Shown here: positions 9,056-18,705 of the stretch, one piece after another
How positions within the stretch are numbered: position 1 is the stretch's first letter
Layout of the letters: each line of letters opens with the position of its first letter
Assembly: GCA_035554515.1 (NCBI GenBank)
Contig: DATMIP010000158.1
Location: forward strand, 1 to 46,642
DNA length: 46,642 bases
Origin: Sphingomonas sp.
GTDB taxonomy: Bacteria; Pseudomonadota; Alphaproteobacteria; Sphingomonadales; Sphingomonadaceae
Direction: 5' to 3'
Translations under genes and position numbers: made by a program
The notes under the pieces: model-generated
What the model saw: only the letters and a program-made list of their open reading frames with translations
What the model was told of the DNA's origin: nothing
Database searches by the model: none

Positions 9056-10029
9056 CAGATATCGTCGCCTGCGTCGCCGATCCGTTCACGCACGACGTAG
9101 ATTGGACGGCGTTTTGTCTCCACCAGGATGCGGCCCACATATTCGCCCAAAATCCCCAGCGAAAGCAGCTGCACTCCGCCGAGGAAGAGCACGGCGACCA
9201 TCATCGAGGCGTAACCGGCTACGTCGATCCCATAGAGAACGACCCGGCCGATCAGATAAAGCGCGTAGAGCAACGCGATCGCGGCGATGACGAAGCCGAT
9301 ATAGGACCAGACGCGCAATGGCGCAGTGGAGGCCGACGTGAGCCCGTCGATCGCGAGCTTCCACAATTTTATGTAGTTGAACTTGGTACGGCCGACGGCG
9401 CGCTCGGCGCGGTCATATTCCACGGCTGCCTGTTTGAAGCCGCCCCAGGAAAAAAGCCCTTTCATGAAGCGGTTGCGCTCGGGCATCGCACGGATAACCT
9501 CGACGACCTTGCGGTCGAGCAAGCGGAAATCGCCGGCATGTTCGGGTATCTTGTCTTCGCTCAGCCAATTATGCGCGCGATAATAAAGATCGGCGGTGAG
9601 CCTTTTGGGAAGGCTGTCCGTCATGCGATTGCGGCGCACGCCGAACACGACTTCGAACCCCAGCCGCCACTTGTCCAGCATCGCACCGATCACCTCGGGC
9701 GGATCCTGCAAATCCACGTCGATGGGTATCACGGTCTGGCCGCGTACGTGATCGAGCCCCGCTGAAAGCGCCGCTTCCTTCCCAAAATTGCGCGAAAGCG
9801 AAATGCCGATGACGCGCGGATCCGCGCGATGCGCGGCCATGATGGCGGGCAGGGTCGCATCCGAGCTGCCGTCGTCGACGAACAGCATCTCCCACTTTAT
9901 CGCCCCTCCATCGGGATCGCGCAGACCATCGAGCACCCCGCCTACGCGTGACACGAATGCCTGAATAGCATCCTCCTCGTCCTTGACCGGGACGATTACC
10001 GAGATGAGTGGTCGTTGCTGCGCTGCCAT
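9055..10029 (-). CDS. GT2 polyprenyl-phosphate glycosyltransferase (GtrB/ArnC/DPM1-like)
   Basis: SVIVPVKDEE, FVDDGSSDAT, LSRNFGKEAAL, IDVDLQDPPE, GDFRLLDR and two C-terminal TM segments ending GILGEYVGRI..ETKRRP.Y; ATG at 10029. Confidence 0.92.
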   Translation of the reverse strand: MAAQQRPLISVIVPVKDEEDAIQAFVSRVGGVLDGLRDPDGGAIKWEMLFVDDGSSDATLPAIMAAHRADPRVIGISLSRNFGKEAALSAGLDHVRGQTVIPIDVDLQDPPEVIGAMLDKWRLGFEVVFGVRRNRMTDSLPKRLTADLYYRAHNWLSEDKIPEHAGDFRLLDRKVVEVIRAMPERNRFMKGLFSWGGFKQAAVEYDRAERAVGRTKFNYIKLWKLAIDGLTSASTAPLRVWSYIGFVIAAIALLYALYLIGRVVLYGIDVAGYASMMVAVLFLGGVQLLSLGILGEYVGRILVETKRRPIYVVRERIGDAGDDI

Positions 10030-10067
10030 GCCCGCTTCTGGCGCACATGAGGTGATAGAAGCAAGGC

Positions 10068-10466
10068 TCACCGGAACACCCACCAACGGTTGACCACGAA
10101 GATCATCGCCGGCGTGACGAGCCAGATCGGCACATAGATGGTCCAGTGGGGCCAGTGCAGCATCTTGTCGAACAGCCAAACCCAGAAACTGTTGAGCGCC
10201 AGACTTGGAACTGACGCGAGCAGGAAACGAAGCTGGCTGTGGCGGCCGCGACTCCCATGGTCGCGGAACGTGACGCGGCTATGCAGTACATAGCCAAGCG
10301 TCACGGCCGAAAGATAGCCCGCCAGATTGCATAGCTGCGTCGGTAGTCGCGACCAGCTGTCAAGCCCGGCGAATACCAGCGAATATAAACCGGTGACGAT
10401 GCTGCCATTCACGCCATAGCGTAAGAGTTGCCAGAATATCTCGCGCCGCTCCGCAATCGCAACCAT
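10068..10466 (-). CDS. GtrA-family flippase for lipid-phosphate-linked sugar
   Basis: 132 aa, four TM segments, QLLRYGVNG, HSRVTF and NRWWVFR C-terminus; adjacent to the GtrB-like gene; ATG at 10466. Confidence 0.85.
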   Translation of the reverse strand: MVAIAERREIFWQLLRYGVNGSIVTGLYSLVFAGLDSWSRLPTQLCNLAGYLSAVTLGYVLHSRVTFRDHGSRGRHSQLRFLLASVPSLALNSFWVWLFDKMLHWPHWTIYVPIWLVTPAMIFVVNRWWVFR

Positions 10467-10568
10467 CTCAGAATACGCCCCCGCAAGCCCGTACAATGCC
10501 GCGGAAGCTCGGCGCTTCCCCGGCGAACGACGAGGCTCTAGAGCCCCGCCACCTGTGAGGGAATAGCG

Positions 10569-12335
10569 GTGATCGGCGATACCAACAAACCAACCCATTG
10601 GCGGCGCTGGTTTCTGCTCATCTGGGCAGGCGCGGCCGCTTATATGCTCTACGATCGGTGGAACGCGATCCACTGGTTCGCGCTGGGCGATACCGACGAC
10701 AATCTCCGCTTCGCGCAGGTGCGGGCGCTGATCGAAGGCCAGGGCTGGTACGATCTGCGCCAGCACCGGATCAATCCGCCCCAGGGTATATCCGTCCATT
10801 GGTCGCGGCTGGTCGATCTGCCGATCGCGGCGCTGATTCTAGTCCTGCGCCCGCTGTTCGGCGGGCAGGAAGCCGCGCGCTGGGCTTGTGCGATCGCCCC
10901 GATACTGGCGTTCGGCGCGGCGCTGTACGGCACGATGCTGACCGCGCGCCGTCTTGTCGATCGCTGGGCTTTCCTGCTCGCCGGCGCGATCCTGGTGTGC
11001 GCGAGCACGACCATGCTGATGTTCATGCCGCTGCGCGTCGATCATCATGGCTGGCAGCTGGCGAGCCTGATGGTGACGGTTGCCGGCATGGCCGACGGCA
11101 AGGCCTTGCGGGGCGGGCTGACGGCGGGGCTGGCGACGGCCTTTTCGCTAACCATCGGGCTGGAACTGCTGCCTTATCTGACGGTTGCCGGCGCCCTGAT
11201 CGTGCTGTGGTGGGTGATCGATCGCGGTCAGGCCGAACGGCTGCGTGGCTATGGAGTCAGCCTGGCGGCCGGCGCGGCAATCGGTTACGTCGTGTTCGGC
11301 TCGTTCGATAACGCGCAAATGCTGTGCGACGCGCTGACGCCAGTCTATCTATCGACGCTGCTCGGCGCGGGTGCGATCGCCGTGGCGTTCGGATCGCTCC
11401 CTTTCGTCCGGCGCCGGCTGCGGATCGTCGCCGCGCTCGCCGGCGCCGCCGCGATCGTCGGGGGTTTCGCCCTTGCCTTCCCGCAATGCCTGGGCCGACC
11501 CGAGCATATCTCGCCCGAACTCAATCAATTGTGGTTCAGCCATATCAAGGAGGCCAAACCCCTCTACCAGCACGGCTGGCGTATCGCCTTCCCGACCTTG
11601 GCGCTGTCCGTCATCGGTGTTGTCGGATCAGCCTGGGCCTTCTGGCGCGCGCGCGGGACGAGCAAGGCGGTGCCCTGGGCACTGGTCGCGCTTCTATCGT
11701 TATTCTCGGCGCTGCTGTTGTTCTGGCAGACGCGCGCCGGGCCGGGATCGCAGATGCTGGGCGTGATCGGCGCGACCGCACTTGGCTGGGCCTTGCTGCA
11801 GTGGACGATGGCCCACCGCTATATGCTCGTGCGCGTATTCGGGTCGGTTGGCGCGTTCGTGCTGGTGTCGGGCATGTTCTCCGGCATGATCGTGAAGGCG
11901 ATCCCCGAGCATCGCGGCAAATATCGCCAGAAGGTCGATATGGCAAACCGCCGCTGCCCGACTTTGCCCGCCTTGCGCCCTATCGGCGCCCTTCCGGCGG
12001 CGACAATCCTGACCTTCGACGATCTCGGCCCGCGCCTGATCGCGGTGACGCATCACAGCGCGATCGCGGGGCCTTACCATCGTAACGGCGCAGCGATTCT
12101 CGATGTCCAGCATAGCTTCCGCGCCACCGACCCCGAAGTCGCGCATGAGGTGATGCGCCGGCATGGCGCAACCCTGTTGCTGATCTGCCCCGGATTGTCG
12201 GAATCGACCGTTTACGCAAGCGAGGCGCCCAAAGGCTTCTACGTGCAATTGGCGAAGGGCCAGGCGCCGGAATGGCTTGCCCCGGTGAAATTGCCGGACG
12301 GGTCGCCATTCAAGCTTTGGCGGCGTCTCAACTGA
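10569..12335 (+). CDS. Divergent STT3/AglB/PglB-like GT-C oligosaccharyltransferase homologue (588 aa)
   Basis: About 13 TM segments plus a periplasmic C-terminal domain; GDTDD (D41-D44), RVDHH (D158-H160), HIKEAKPL (E328), ILTFDDLG (483-487) at the WWDYG position; GTG start after GAGGGA. Confidence 0.65.
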   Translation: MIGDTNKPTHWRRWFLLIWAGAAAYMLYDRWNAIHWFALGDTDDNLRFAQVRALIEGQGWYDLRQHRINPPQGISVHWSRLVDLPIAALILVLRPLFGGQEAARWACAIAPILAFGAALYGTMLTARRLVDRWAFLLAGAILVCASTTMLMFMPLRVDHHGWQLASLMVTVAGMADGKALRGGLTAGLATAFSLTIGLELLPYLTVAGALIVLWWVIDRGQAERLRGYGVSLAAGAAIGYVVFGSFDNAQMLCDALTPVYLSTLLGAGAIAVAFGSLPFVRRRLRIVAALAGAAAIVGGFALAFPQCLGRPEHISPELNQLWFSHIKEAKPLYQHGWRIAFPTLALSVIGVVGSAWAFWRARGTSKAVPWALVALLSLFSALLLFWQTRAGPGSQMLGVIGATALGWALLQWTMAHRYMLVRVFGSVGAFVLVSGMFSGMIVKAIPEHRGKYRQKVDMANRRCPTLPALRPIGALPAATILTFDDLGPRLIAVTHHSAIAGPYHRNGAAILDVQHSFRATDPEVAHEVMRRHGATLLLICPGLSESTVYASEAPKGFYVQLAKGQAPEWLAPVKLPDGSPFKLWRRLN

Positions 12336-12451
12336 GTCCGGGTCGACCGGCAATCGACCGGATCCGCGGGCTTCCCCATCCGCGGCGGCTGGCGTAACGC
12401 GATGACGACGCCCCGCCGAACGACAGGGTGCATCCACAGGGAGGATTGTCC

Positions 12452-15088
12452 GTGATCGATCGCCGCAGAGCCATGCTTCTGGTCCTTTATGGTGGCGCTA
12501 TCATCCTGGCTCCCGGCGCGCCTGCGCAGCTTTATAAAGATCCGTCCGCACCGATCGCAGCGCGGGTTTCCGATCTCGTCGGGCGGATGACGCTCGAGGA
12601 GAAAGCGGCGCAGATGCAGAACGTCGCGCCCGCCATTCCGCGCCTGGATGTGCCAGCTTACGATTGGTGGAATGAGGCGCTGCATGGTGTTGCTCGCGCC
12701 GGAGAGGCCACCATTTTCCCGCAAGCGATCGGCATGGCGGCAACCTGGGACGCGGATTTGGTCCATGCCGAGGGACGCGTCGTGGCTATCGAGGCGCGGG
12801 CAAAGTACAATAAGGCCCAACGCGAGGGAAACCGGAATCGCTATTACGGTCTCACCTTCTGGTCGCCCAACATCAATATCTTCCGCGATCCGCGATGGGG
12901 TCGCGGGCAGGAAACGCTGGGCGAGGACCCTTATCTGGCGGGCACGTTGGGCACCGAATTCATCCGCGGCGTGCAGGGCAACCATCCCAAATATTTTCAG
13001 GCGATCGCGACGCCGAAGCATTTCGCGGTTCATTCGGGCCCCGAACCGCTGCGCCATGGCTTCAACGTCAATCCCAGCCCGCGCGACCTGGCCGAAACCT
13101 ATCTTCCGCAGTTCCGGCGCGCGATCACCGAAGGCAAGGCTTATTCGCTGATGTGCGCGTATAACGCCGTCGACGGCAAGGCGGCATGCGCCAACGGCAC
13201 CTTGCTCAACACGATCCTGCGCCGCGATTGGGGTTTCCAGGGGTTCGTGACCTCGGATTGCGGCGCGATCGACGACATCACGACCGGCCATCGCAACACC
13301 AGGACCAACGCCGAAGGCGCCGCGCTTTCGGTGAAGATGGGCACCGATACCGGTTGCGACTTCAGGAACGAGATGCTTGATCTGCCGAAGGCCGTCGCGC
13401 TCGGCCATATCAGCGAACGCGAAATCGACGTTGCCGTGCGGCGATTGTTCACCGCGCGGATGCGGCTCGGCATGTTCGATCCGCCCGAAATGGTCCCCTT
13501 TTCGAGCATCGATATCCGCGAAAATCATTCGGAAGCGCACAAGGAACTCGCCTTGCGTGCGGCCCGCGAATCGATCGTCCTGCTCAAGAATGACGGCGTG
13601 CTGCCGCTCGGTGAGCGCAGGATCAAGATTGCCGTAGTTGGCCCGGCGGCGACGTCGCTGATCGGGCTCGAAGGCAATTATATGGGGACGCCGACGACAC
13701 CGATCCTGCCGCTGGACGGGCTTGAGGAGGCTTTCGGCAAGTCCAATGTCAGCTATGCGCAGGGTGCTCCTTTCACGGCCGAAGTGTCGGTACCGGTGCC
13801 ACGCACCGCATTCGGCGACGGCCTGACAGCCGTCTTTTTCAACAATACCGATTTTACCGGCCCTCCGGTGGCGACGAAACGCGTGCGCGAGATCGACTTC
13901 AACTGGGATGAGATCGCGCCGGCGCCGAGCGTCGACAGCAAGTCCTATTCGGTACGCTGGACGGGCAACATCATCCCGCCCGCGCCGGGCCAATATGAAT
14001 TCGAGCTCGACATTCACCGGTGCGATATTGGCGACGGGACCGAGCAATATATGCTGCGCATCGAAGGCGCGCCGGACGCGCACGTCGAGTCGCGTTGCGA
14101 AGGGCCGAACAAGAAGCGTGAGACCGTGATCATAAGCTTCGCCGACACCCGGCCGCGAGGCCTGACACTCGAATTATCGCACAGATCGGCGCGGTCGGGC
14201 AGCGTCAGCCTCTCATGGAAAGCGCCGGCCGCGGCGTTGCGCGACGAGGCAGTCGCCAAGGCGAACGACGCCGATGTCGTTGTCGCTTTCCTCGGCCTGA
14301 ATGCGTGGCTGGAGGGCGAGGAAATGCCGCTCAAGGTTCCCGGCTTTGAGGGGGGCGACCGCACGAATATCGCGCTGCCCGCGGCGCAACTCGCTATGTT
14401 GGATGCCGTGGCGGCGACCGGCAAACCGGTCGTGGTCGTGCTCCAAAGCGGCTCCGCGGTCGCGCTGGGCGGCGACGCCACGAAGGCGCGCGCCATCCTT
14501 CAGGCCTGGTACCCCGGCGAACAGGGCGGCCGCGCGATTGCCGATGTGCTGAAGGGGACGGTCAATCCGAGCGGGCGCCTGCCGGTGACTTTCTACAAAT
14601 CCACCGCGCAGCTGCCGCCATTTGCCGATTATTCGATGAAGAATCGCACCTATCGCTACTTCACGGGCGAGCCGGAATATGCCTTCGGCCACGGGCTGAG
14701 CTACGCCAGCTTCGCTTACTCCACGCCGAGCGTCGCTTCACGCAGCGTCGTGGCGGGGCGCGGACAGAGGATCAGCGTTCGCATTCGAAACACCGGGCGC
14801 GTAGCCGGCGACGAGGTCGCGCAGCTTTATCTCGCTACGCCGGGGGTCAAGGGTACGCCTCTGCGTTCGCTCAAGGGATATCAGCGGGTTCACCTGAACC
14901 CTGGCCAGACCAAGACGGTCACTTTCCAGCTCAGCCCGCGCGATTTGGCCTTTGCCGATGCGAAGGGCGTGATGCGGATCGTGCCGACCACCTACAGCCT
15001 GTGGGTTGGCGGAGGGCAGCCGGGCACCGGGGCATCCGGAGCATCGGGCCAGTTCCACATGACGGGCACAAGCATTCTGCCGCGGTGA
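12452..15088 (+). CDS. GH3 beta-glucosidase/xylosidase with PA14 insert and Fn3-like C-terminal domain, secreted
   Basis: WWNEALHG, RDPRWGRGQETLGEDP, KHF, VTSDCGAI (nucleophile), EGEE..GGDR, GDEVAQLY; PA14-like YSVRWTG; N-terminal RRRAMLL signal. Confidence 0.92.
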   Translation: MIDRRRAMLLVLYGGAIILAPGAPAQLYKDPSAPIAARVSDLVGRMTLEEKAAQMQNVAPAIPRLDVPAYDWWNEALHGVARAGEATIFPQAIGMAATWDADLVHAEGRVVAIEARAKYNKAQREGNRNRYYGLTFWSPNINIFRDPRWGRGQETLGEDPYLAGTLGTEFIRGVQGNHPKYFQAIATPKHFAVHSGPEPLRHGFNVNPSPRDLAETYLPQFRRAITEGKAYSLMCAYNAVDGKAACANGTLLNTILRRDWGFQGFVTSDCGAIDDITTGHRNTRTNAEGAALSVKMGTDTGCDFRNEMLDLPKAVALGHISEREIDVAVRRLFTARMRLGMFDPPEMVPFSSIDIRENHSEAHKELALRAARESIVLLKNDGVLPLGERRIKIAVVGPAATSLIGLEGNYMGTPTTPILPLDGLEEAFGKSNVSYAQGAPFTAEVSVPVPRTAFGDGLTAVFFNNTDFTGPPVATKRVREIDFNWDEIAPAPSVDSKSYSVRWTGNIIPPAPGQYEFELDIHRCDIGDGTEQYMLRIEGAPDAHVESRCEGPNKKRETVIISFADTRPRGLTLELSHRSARSGSVSLSWKAPAAALRDEAVAKANDADVVVAFLGLNAWLEGEEMPLKVPGFEGGDRTNIALPAAQLAMLDAVAATGKPVVVVLQSGSAVALGGDATKARAILQAWYPGEQGGRAIADVLKGTVNPSGRLPVTFYKSTAQLPPFADYSMKNRTYRYFTGEPEYAFGHGLSYASFAYSTPSVASRSVVAGRGQRISVRIRNTGRVAGDEVAQLYLATPGVKGTPLRSLKGYQRVHLNPGQTKTVTFQLSPRDLAFADAKGVMRIVPTTYSLWVGGGQPGTGASGASGQFHMTGTSILPR

Positions 15089-15138
15089 GGCAGGCCGTGC
15101 GGGGTGCAGCATGCCGGCGTCTTCGCTAAAGCCATCGC

Positions 15139-16038
15139 ATGATCCAGATCGGAATCGATTTCGGGGGCACTAAGATCGAGGCGGCGGCGCTCGACCGCGC
15201 CGGCGCGTTTGTCATCCGCCAGCGTGTGGCCACGCCGGATAATTATGCCGATGCGATCGAGGCGGTCGCGCAACTCGTAGCCCGGGTGGAGGACGAGGCT
15301 GGAACCGCGCGATCGATCGGTATCGGCCTGCCCGGATCGATCTCGCCCCGGACCGGCGCGATGCGCAACGCCAATACCACCTACCTTAATGGATTCTCAT
15401 TCGGCCAGGATCTCGAGCGCAGGATGGGCCGCCCGGTGCGGCTCGCCAACGATGCCAATTGCCTGGCCTTGTCCGAAGCGCGTGACGGGGCGGCGGCGGG
15501 ATCGCGTGTCACCTTCGCGATCATCGTCGGTACCGGCTGTGGGGGCGGCGTCGTTGTCGATGGGATGCTGGTCGACGGAGCCAACGGGATCGCCGGTGAG
15601 TGGGGCCACATCCCGTTGCCGTGGCCGCGCGACGATGAACTGCCCGCGCCCGATTGCTGGTGCGGGCAGAAAGGCTGCCTCGAACGATGGATATCGGGCA
15701 CGGGCTTTCGCGACGATTTTGAGCGCCGCGCCGGGAAACGCCCCACGGGCGAAGAGATCGTGGCGCTTTCGCGTGCAGGGGACGCAACGGCACGCGCGAC
15801 ACTGGACGACTATATCGATCGTCTCGGGCGAGGAATGGCGATCATTGCGAACATCGTCGATCCCGATTGTTTCGTCGTTGGAGGCGGCATGTCAAACGTC
15901 ACGGAAATCTACGACCGGCTGCCCGCTGTCATCAGTCGCCATGCGTTCAGCGACGGCTGGTCAGGCAGGATCGTGCCGGCCAGGTGGGGCGACAGCTCCG
16001 GTGTGCGCGGTGCCGCGCAGCTCTGGCCGCCCGCGTAA
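15139..16038 (+). CDS. ROK-family sugar kinase (fructokinase Mak-like)
   Basis: GIDFGGTKIE, NDANC.ALSE, GTGCGGG, GEWGH, CWCGQKGCLE zinc motif, GDSSGVRGAA; no HTH domain. Confidence 0.9.
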   Translation: MIQIGIDFGGTKIEAAALDRAGAFVIRQRVATPDNYADAIEAVAQLVARVEDEAGTARSIGIGLPGSISPRTGAMRNANTTYLNGFSFGQDLERRMGRPVRLANDANCLALSEARDGAAAGSRVTFAIIVGTGCGGGVVVDGMLVDGANGIAGEWGHIPLPWPRDDELPAPDCWCGQKGCLERWISGTGFRDDFERRAGKRPTGEEIVALSRAGDATARATLDDYIDRLGRGMAIIANIVDPDCFVVGGGMSNVTEIYDRLPAVISRHAFSDGWSGRIVPARWGDSSGVRGAAQLWPPA

Positions 16039-16079
16039 GGCGCCCCTTCCGGGCAGCCGCGTCGGTGCGGCGTTGATCG

Positions 16080-16838
16080 TCAGTCAACAGCGGTCTTGCG
16101 TCGAGCCGGCAATGCCAGAGCCTGTTTGATCGCTTGCTCGGCGACCGGCGCCATCACCGCATAGCCGGCTCTGGTCGGGTGGACATGATCGGACGACAGC
16201 CCTTCGCGCATGCCCAGGCCATCGCCCTTCATCGCGCTCCAATAATCGGCGTAGACACATCCCGAGCGGGCGGCATAGGCTTTCAGCCAGGCGTTCATCG
16301 CCGCGATCGCCGCACCGGTATCGAGCCCCGGTTTCCACGGGAACATGTCAGCAGGTGGGATCGACCCGAGGATTACGCGGATGCCGTTCGCATGGGCGAG
16401 CTCCACCATCGAGCGGATATTGCTCTGCGTCTCTTCGGGCGTCATCGGCCCGGTGTTGCCGGCAATGTCGTTCGTGCCCGCCATGATGTGGACGATTGCG
16501 GGATGAAGATTGATCACGTCCTGGCGGAAGCGAAGCAGCATCTGCGGCGTCGTCTGACCACCGATACCCCGGCCGATCCGCCCCGCTGTGAAGAAGTCTT
16601 CGGCGTTGCTCACCCAGCCTTCGGTTATCGAATCGCCCATGAAGATAATGCGGCCCTGATGAGGAGTCGGCATGAGCTTTCCGTTGTCGGCCCGGTAGCG
16701 GTTGAGATAGGCAAAGTCGGAGCCGAGACGGTTGTTCCAGTCGACCGACCATTGATTTTTGGGATCGAGCGCGATCTGCGCCGTCGCCGGCTGCACGGCG
16801 AGCGTTGCGATCAGAGGCCCTATCCAAAGCCTGTGCAT
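16080..16838 (-). CDS. Secreted SGNH/GDSL hydrolase (esterase/acetylhydrolase)
   Basis: ATG at 16838; signal peptide; FMGDSITEGW, RGIGGQTT, GTND and DHVHP blocks. Confidence 0.9.
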   Translation of the reverse strand: MHRLWIGPLIATLAVQPATAQIALDPKNQWSVDWNNRLGSDFAYLNRYRADNGKLMPTPHQGRIIFMGDSITEGWVSNAEDFFTAGRIGRGIGGQTTPQMLLRFRQDVINLHPAIVHIMAGTNDIAGNTGPMTPEETQSNIRSMVELAHANGIRVILGSIPPADMFPWKPGLDTGAAIAAMNAWLKAYAARSGCVYADYWSAMKGDGLGMREGLSSDHVHPTRAGYAVMAPVAEQAIKQALALPARRKTAVD

Positions 16839-17057
16839 TACCTTCTCCTCGTTTCTCGCTGCGCTTCTACCTCGCCCGGCATGATCAGGATATAATTGTC
16901 GCTCGGCAGGACGGACAATAGCTGCGCCCCTCTCGATCCGAACCGCGCCGACCGTCGCAAGGCAGGCCGATCCCGAAAATCCAGTCCCGCAAAGCCCGTC
17001 ACCGCCTTCAACCGCCACGCGGTGGCATTTGCCGCGTTCGGTCGCTATCTGGGGCCG

Positions 17058-17501
17058 ATGTTGTCGCAAAAGGCCCGCTACGCGCTGCGCGCTCTGCTCC
17101 ACCTCGTCGAGCATGGCGCATCCCGTACCATTCAGGTCGGCGAAATGGCCGAGATGCAGCTCATTCCCCGCAAATATCTTGAATTCATCATGGTGGATCT
17201 CAAGAAAGCGGGGCTGGTGACGAGCCGGCGCGGACCAGGCGGCGGCTATGTCCTGTCGCGCCCCGCTTCGGAAATCACCTTTGTCGAGGTGATACGCGCG
17301 ATCGATGGGCCGATCGCGCTGGTGCCATGCGCGAGCGAGAATTTTTACGCGCGCTGCGGCGATTGCCATGACGAAGCCACCTGCGCGATCCGGCGGGTAC
17401 TGGCGCGCGTGCGCGACAGCGCGGTCGCGATACTCGAAAATACGTCGCTGGCGGATGCGGCGCGGCACGAACTGGCGGCCGAAGCGTTTTCGCCGGCCTG
17501 A
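17058..17501 (+). CDS. Rrf2-family transcriptional regulator with four Cys
   Basis: [30 protein letters not shown]; C-x8-C-x2-C-x5-C; ATG at 17058. Confidence 0.9.
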   Translation: MLSQKARYALRALLHLVEHGASRTIQVGEMAEMQLIPRKYLEFIMVDLKKAGLVTSRRGPGGGYVLSRPASEITFVEVIRAIDGPIALVPCASENFYARCGDCHDEATCAIRRVLARVRDSAVAILENTSLADAARHELAAEAFSPA

Positions 17502-17572
17502 AGGCTTTCCGAGCGGCTTTCGGCGTGTGCGCTTTTGGGGCCACAAGAAAAGCTACGCATCCGCGAGGGTTC

Positions 17573-17595
17573 TTTCCTATTGTCCAGTAGGTATT
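17573..17595. promoter_or_regulatory. Candidate Rrf2 operator upstream of sbp
   Basis: TTTCCTATT-GTCC-AGTAGGTATT, an imperfect inverted repeat in an AT-rich patch, resembling IscR/Rrf2-type boxes. Confidence 0.45.
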
Positions 17596-17634
17596 AGTGA
17601 AATAGGCGTCCTCTCCAGCAACCAGGGAGGTTCT

Positions 17635-18651
17635 ATGCATCGTCGGGGGTTTATCCTTGCAGTCGCGACCTTAGCGAATGGACTTGCGCCGATCGCGGCC
17701 AATGCCGCCGCACCGGTCGAGCTGCTCAACGTAAGTTATGACCCGACGCGCGAATTATATCGCGACATCGACGCCGCATTCGCTGCCCGGTGGAAGGCGA
17801 AGACGGGTCAGGTCGTAACGATCAAGCAGAGCCATGGCGGCTCGGGCGCGCAGGCGCGCGCGGTGATCGACGGGCTGCAGGCAGACGTCGTGACGCTGGC
17901 ATTGGCCGCCGATATCGACGCGATCGCCGAACGGGCAAAGGCGCTTCCGGCCAATTGGCAGACGCGCCTGCCGCAGAATTCGACCCCTTATTATTCCACC
18001 ATCGTGTTTCTCGTCCGCAAGGGTAACCCGAAGGGCATCCACGATTGGGGCGACCTGATCAAACCGGGCGTGAAGGTGATCACCCCCAATCCGAAGACGT
18101 CGGGCGGGGCACGTTGGAACTACCTTGCGGCGTGGGGCTATGCTCAGCGTTCGACCGGCACCGTCGCCGGGGCACGTGATTATCTGACGAAGCTGTTTCG
18201 TAACGTCCCGGTGCTCGATAGCGGAGCGCGCGGCGCAACAACGACCTTCGTTCAGCGCGGGCAGGGCGATGTGCTGATCGCGTGGGAGAATGAGGCGTTC
18301 CTGGCGACCAATTCGCTGGGCAGGGGCCAGTTTGAGATTGTCGTTCCGTCTATCTCCATCCTGGCCGAACCCCCGGTGGCGGTGGTCGACAAGGTCGTCG
18401 ATCGCAAGAAGACCCGCACGGTGGCCGAAGAATATCTCAAATTTCTTTATACGCCGGAAGGCCAACAGATTATCGGCAAGAATTTCTACCGCCCGCGCGA
18501 TCCGGCGGTGGCCGCCCAGTTCAAGAGCCGCTTCGCCAATGTTCAGCTGCTGACGATCGACCGTAATTTTGGAGGCTGGAAGCGCGCTCAGGCGGCGCAT
18601 TTCAACGATGGCGGCGTATTCGATCAGGTATTCGAAGACGCCAAGAAATGA
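17635..18651 (+). CDS. sbp: Sulfate ABC transporter substrate-binding protein
   Basis: [60 protein letters not shown]; GGAGG RBS, ATG at 17635. Confidence 0.95.
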   Translation: MHRRGFILAVATLANGLAPIAANAAAPVELLNVSYDPTRELYRDIDAAFAARWKAKTGQVVTIKQSHGGSGAQARAVIDGLQADVVTLALAADIDAIAERAKALPANWQTRLPQNSTPYYSTIVFLVRKGNPKGIHDWGDLIKPGVKVITPNPKTSGGARWNYLAAWGYAQRSTGTVAGARDYLTKLFRNVPVLDSGARGATTTFVQRGQGDVLIAWENEAFLATNSLGRGQFEIVVPSISILAEPPVAVVDKVVDRKKTRTVAEEYLKFLYTPEGQQIIGKNFYRPRDPAVAAQFKSRFANVQLLTIDRNFGGWKRAQAAHFNDGGVFDQVFEDAKK

Positions 18652-18705
18652 TCACGCGCGGCGAGTCCCGCAGAGGGATCGCCCTGCGTAAAAAGGGGAA
18701 TTTCC

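Noticed and set aside
288-12335. PEP-CTERM protein as the substrate of the OST-like enzyme
   Set aside because: It has NGT, NET and NVS sequons, but it is separated from the cluster by housekeeping genes and the enzyme lacks WWD. Proximity alone is not evidence.
12239-14083. 614-aa minus-strand ORF, and similar long antisense ORFs at 30736-32052, 32824-34146, 35059-36627 and 39252-40523
   Set aside because: They lie opposite well-supported genes and have no motifs. Long shadow ORFs are expected in high-GC coding DNA.
16839-17634. N-terminal extensions of the SGNH ORF (to 17546) and the Sbp ORF (from 17305)
   Set aside because: They overlap the Rrf2 gene; the real starts are marked by RBS plus signal peptide at 16838 and 17635.
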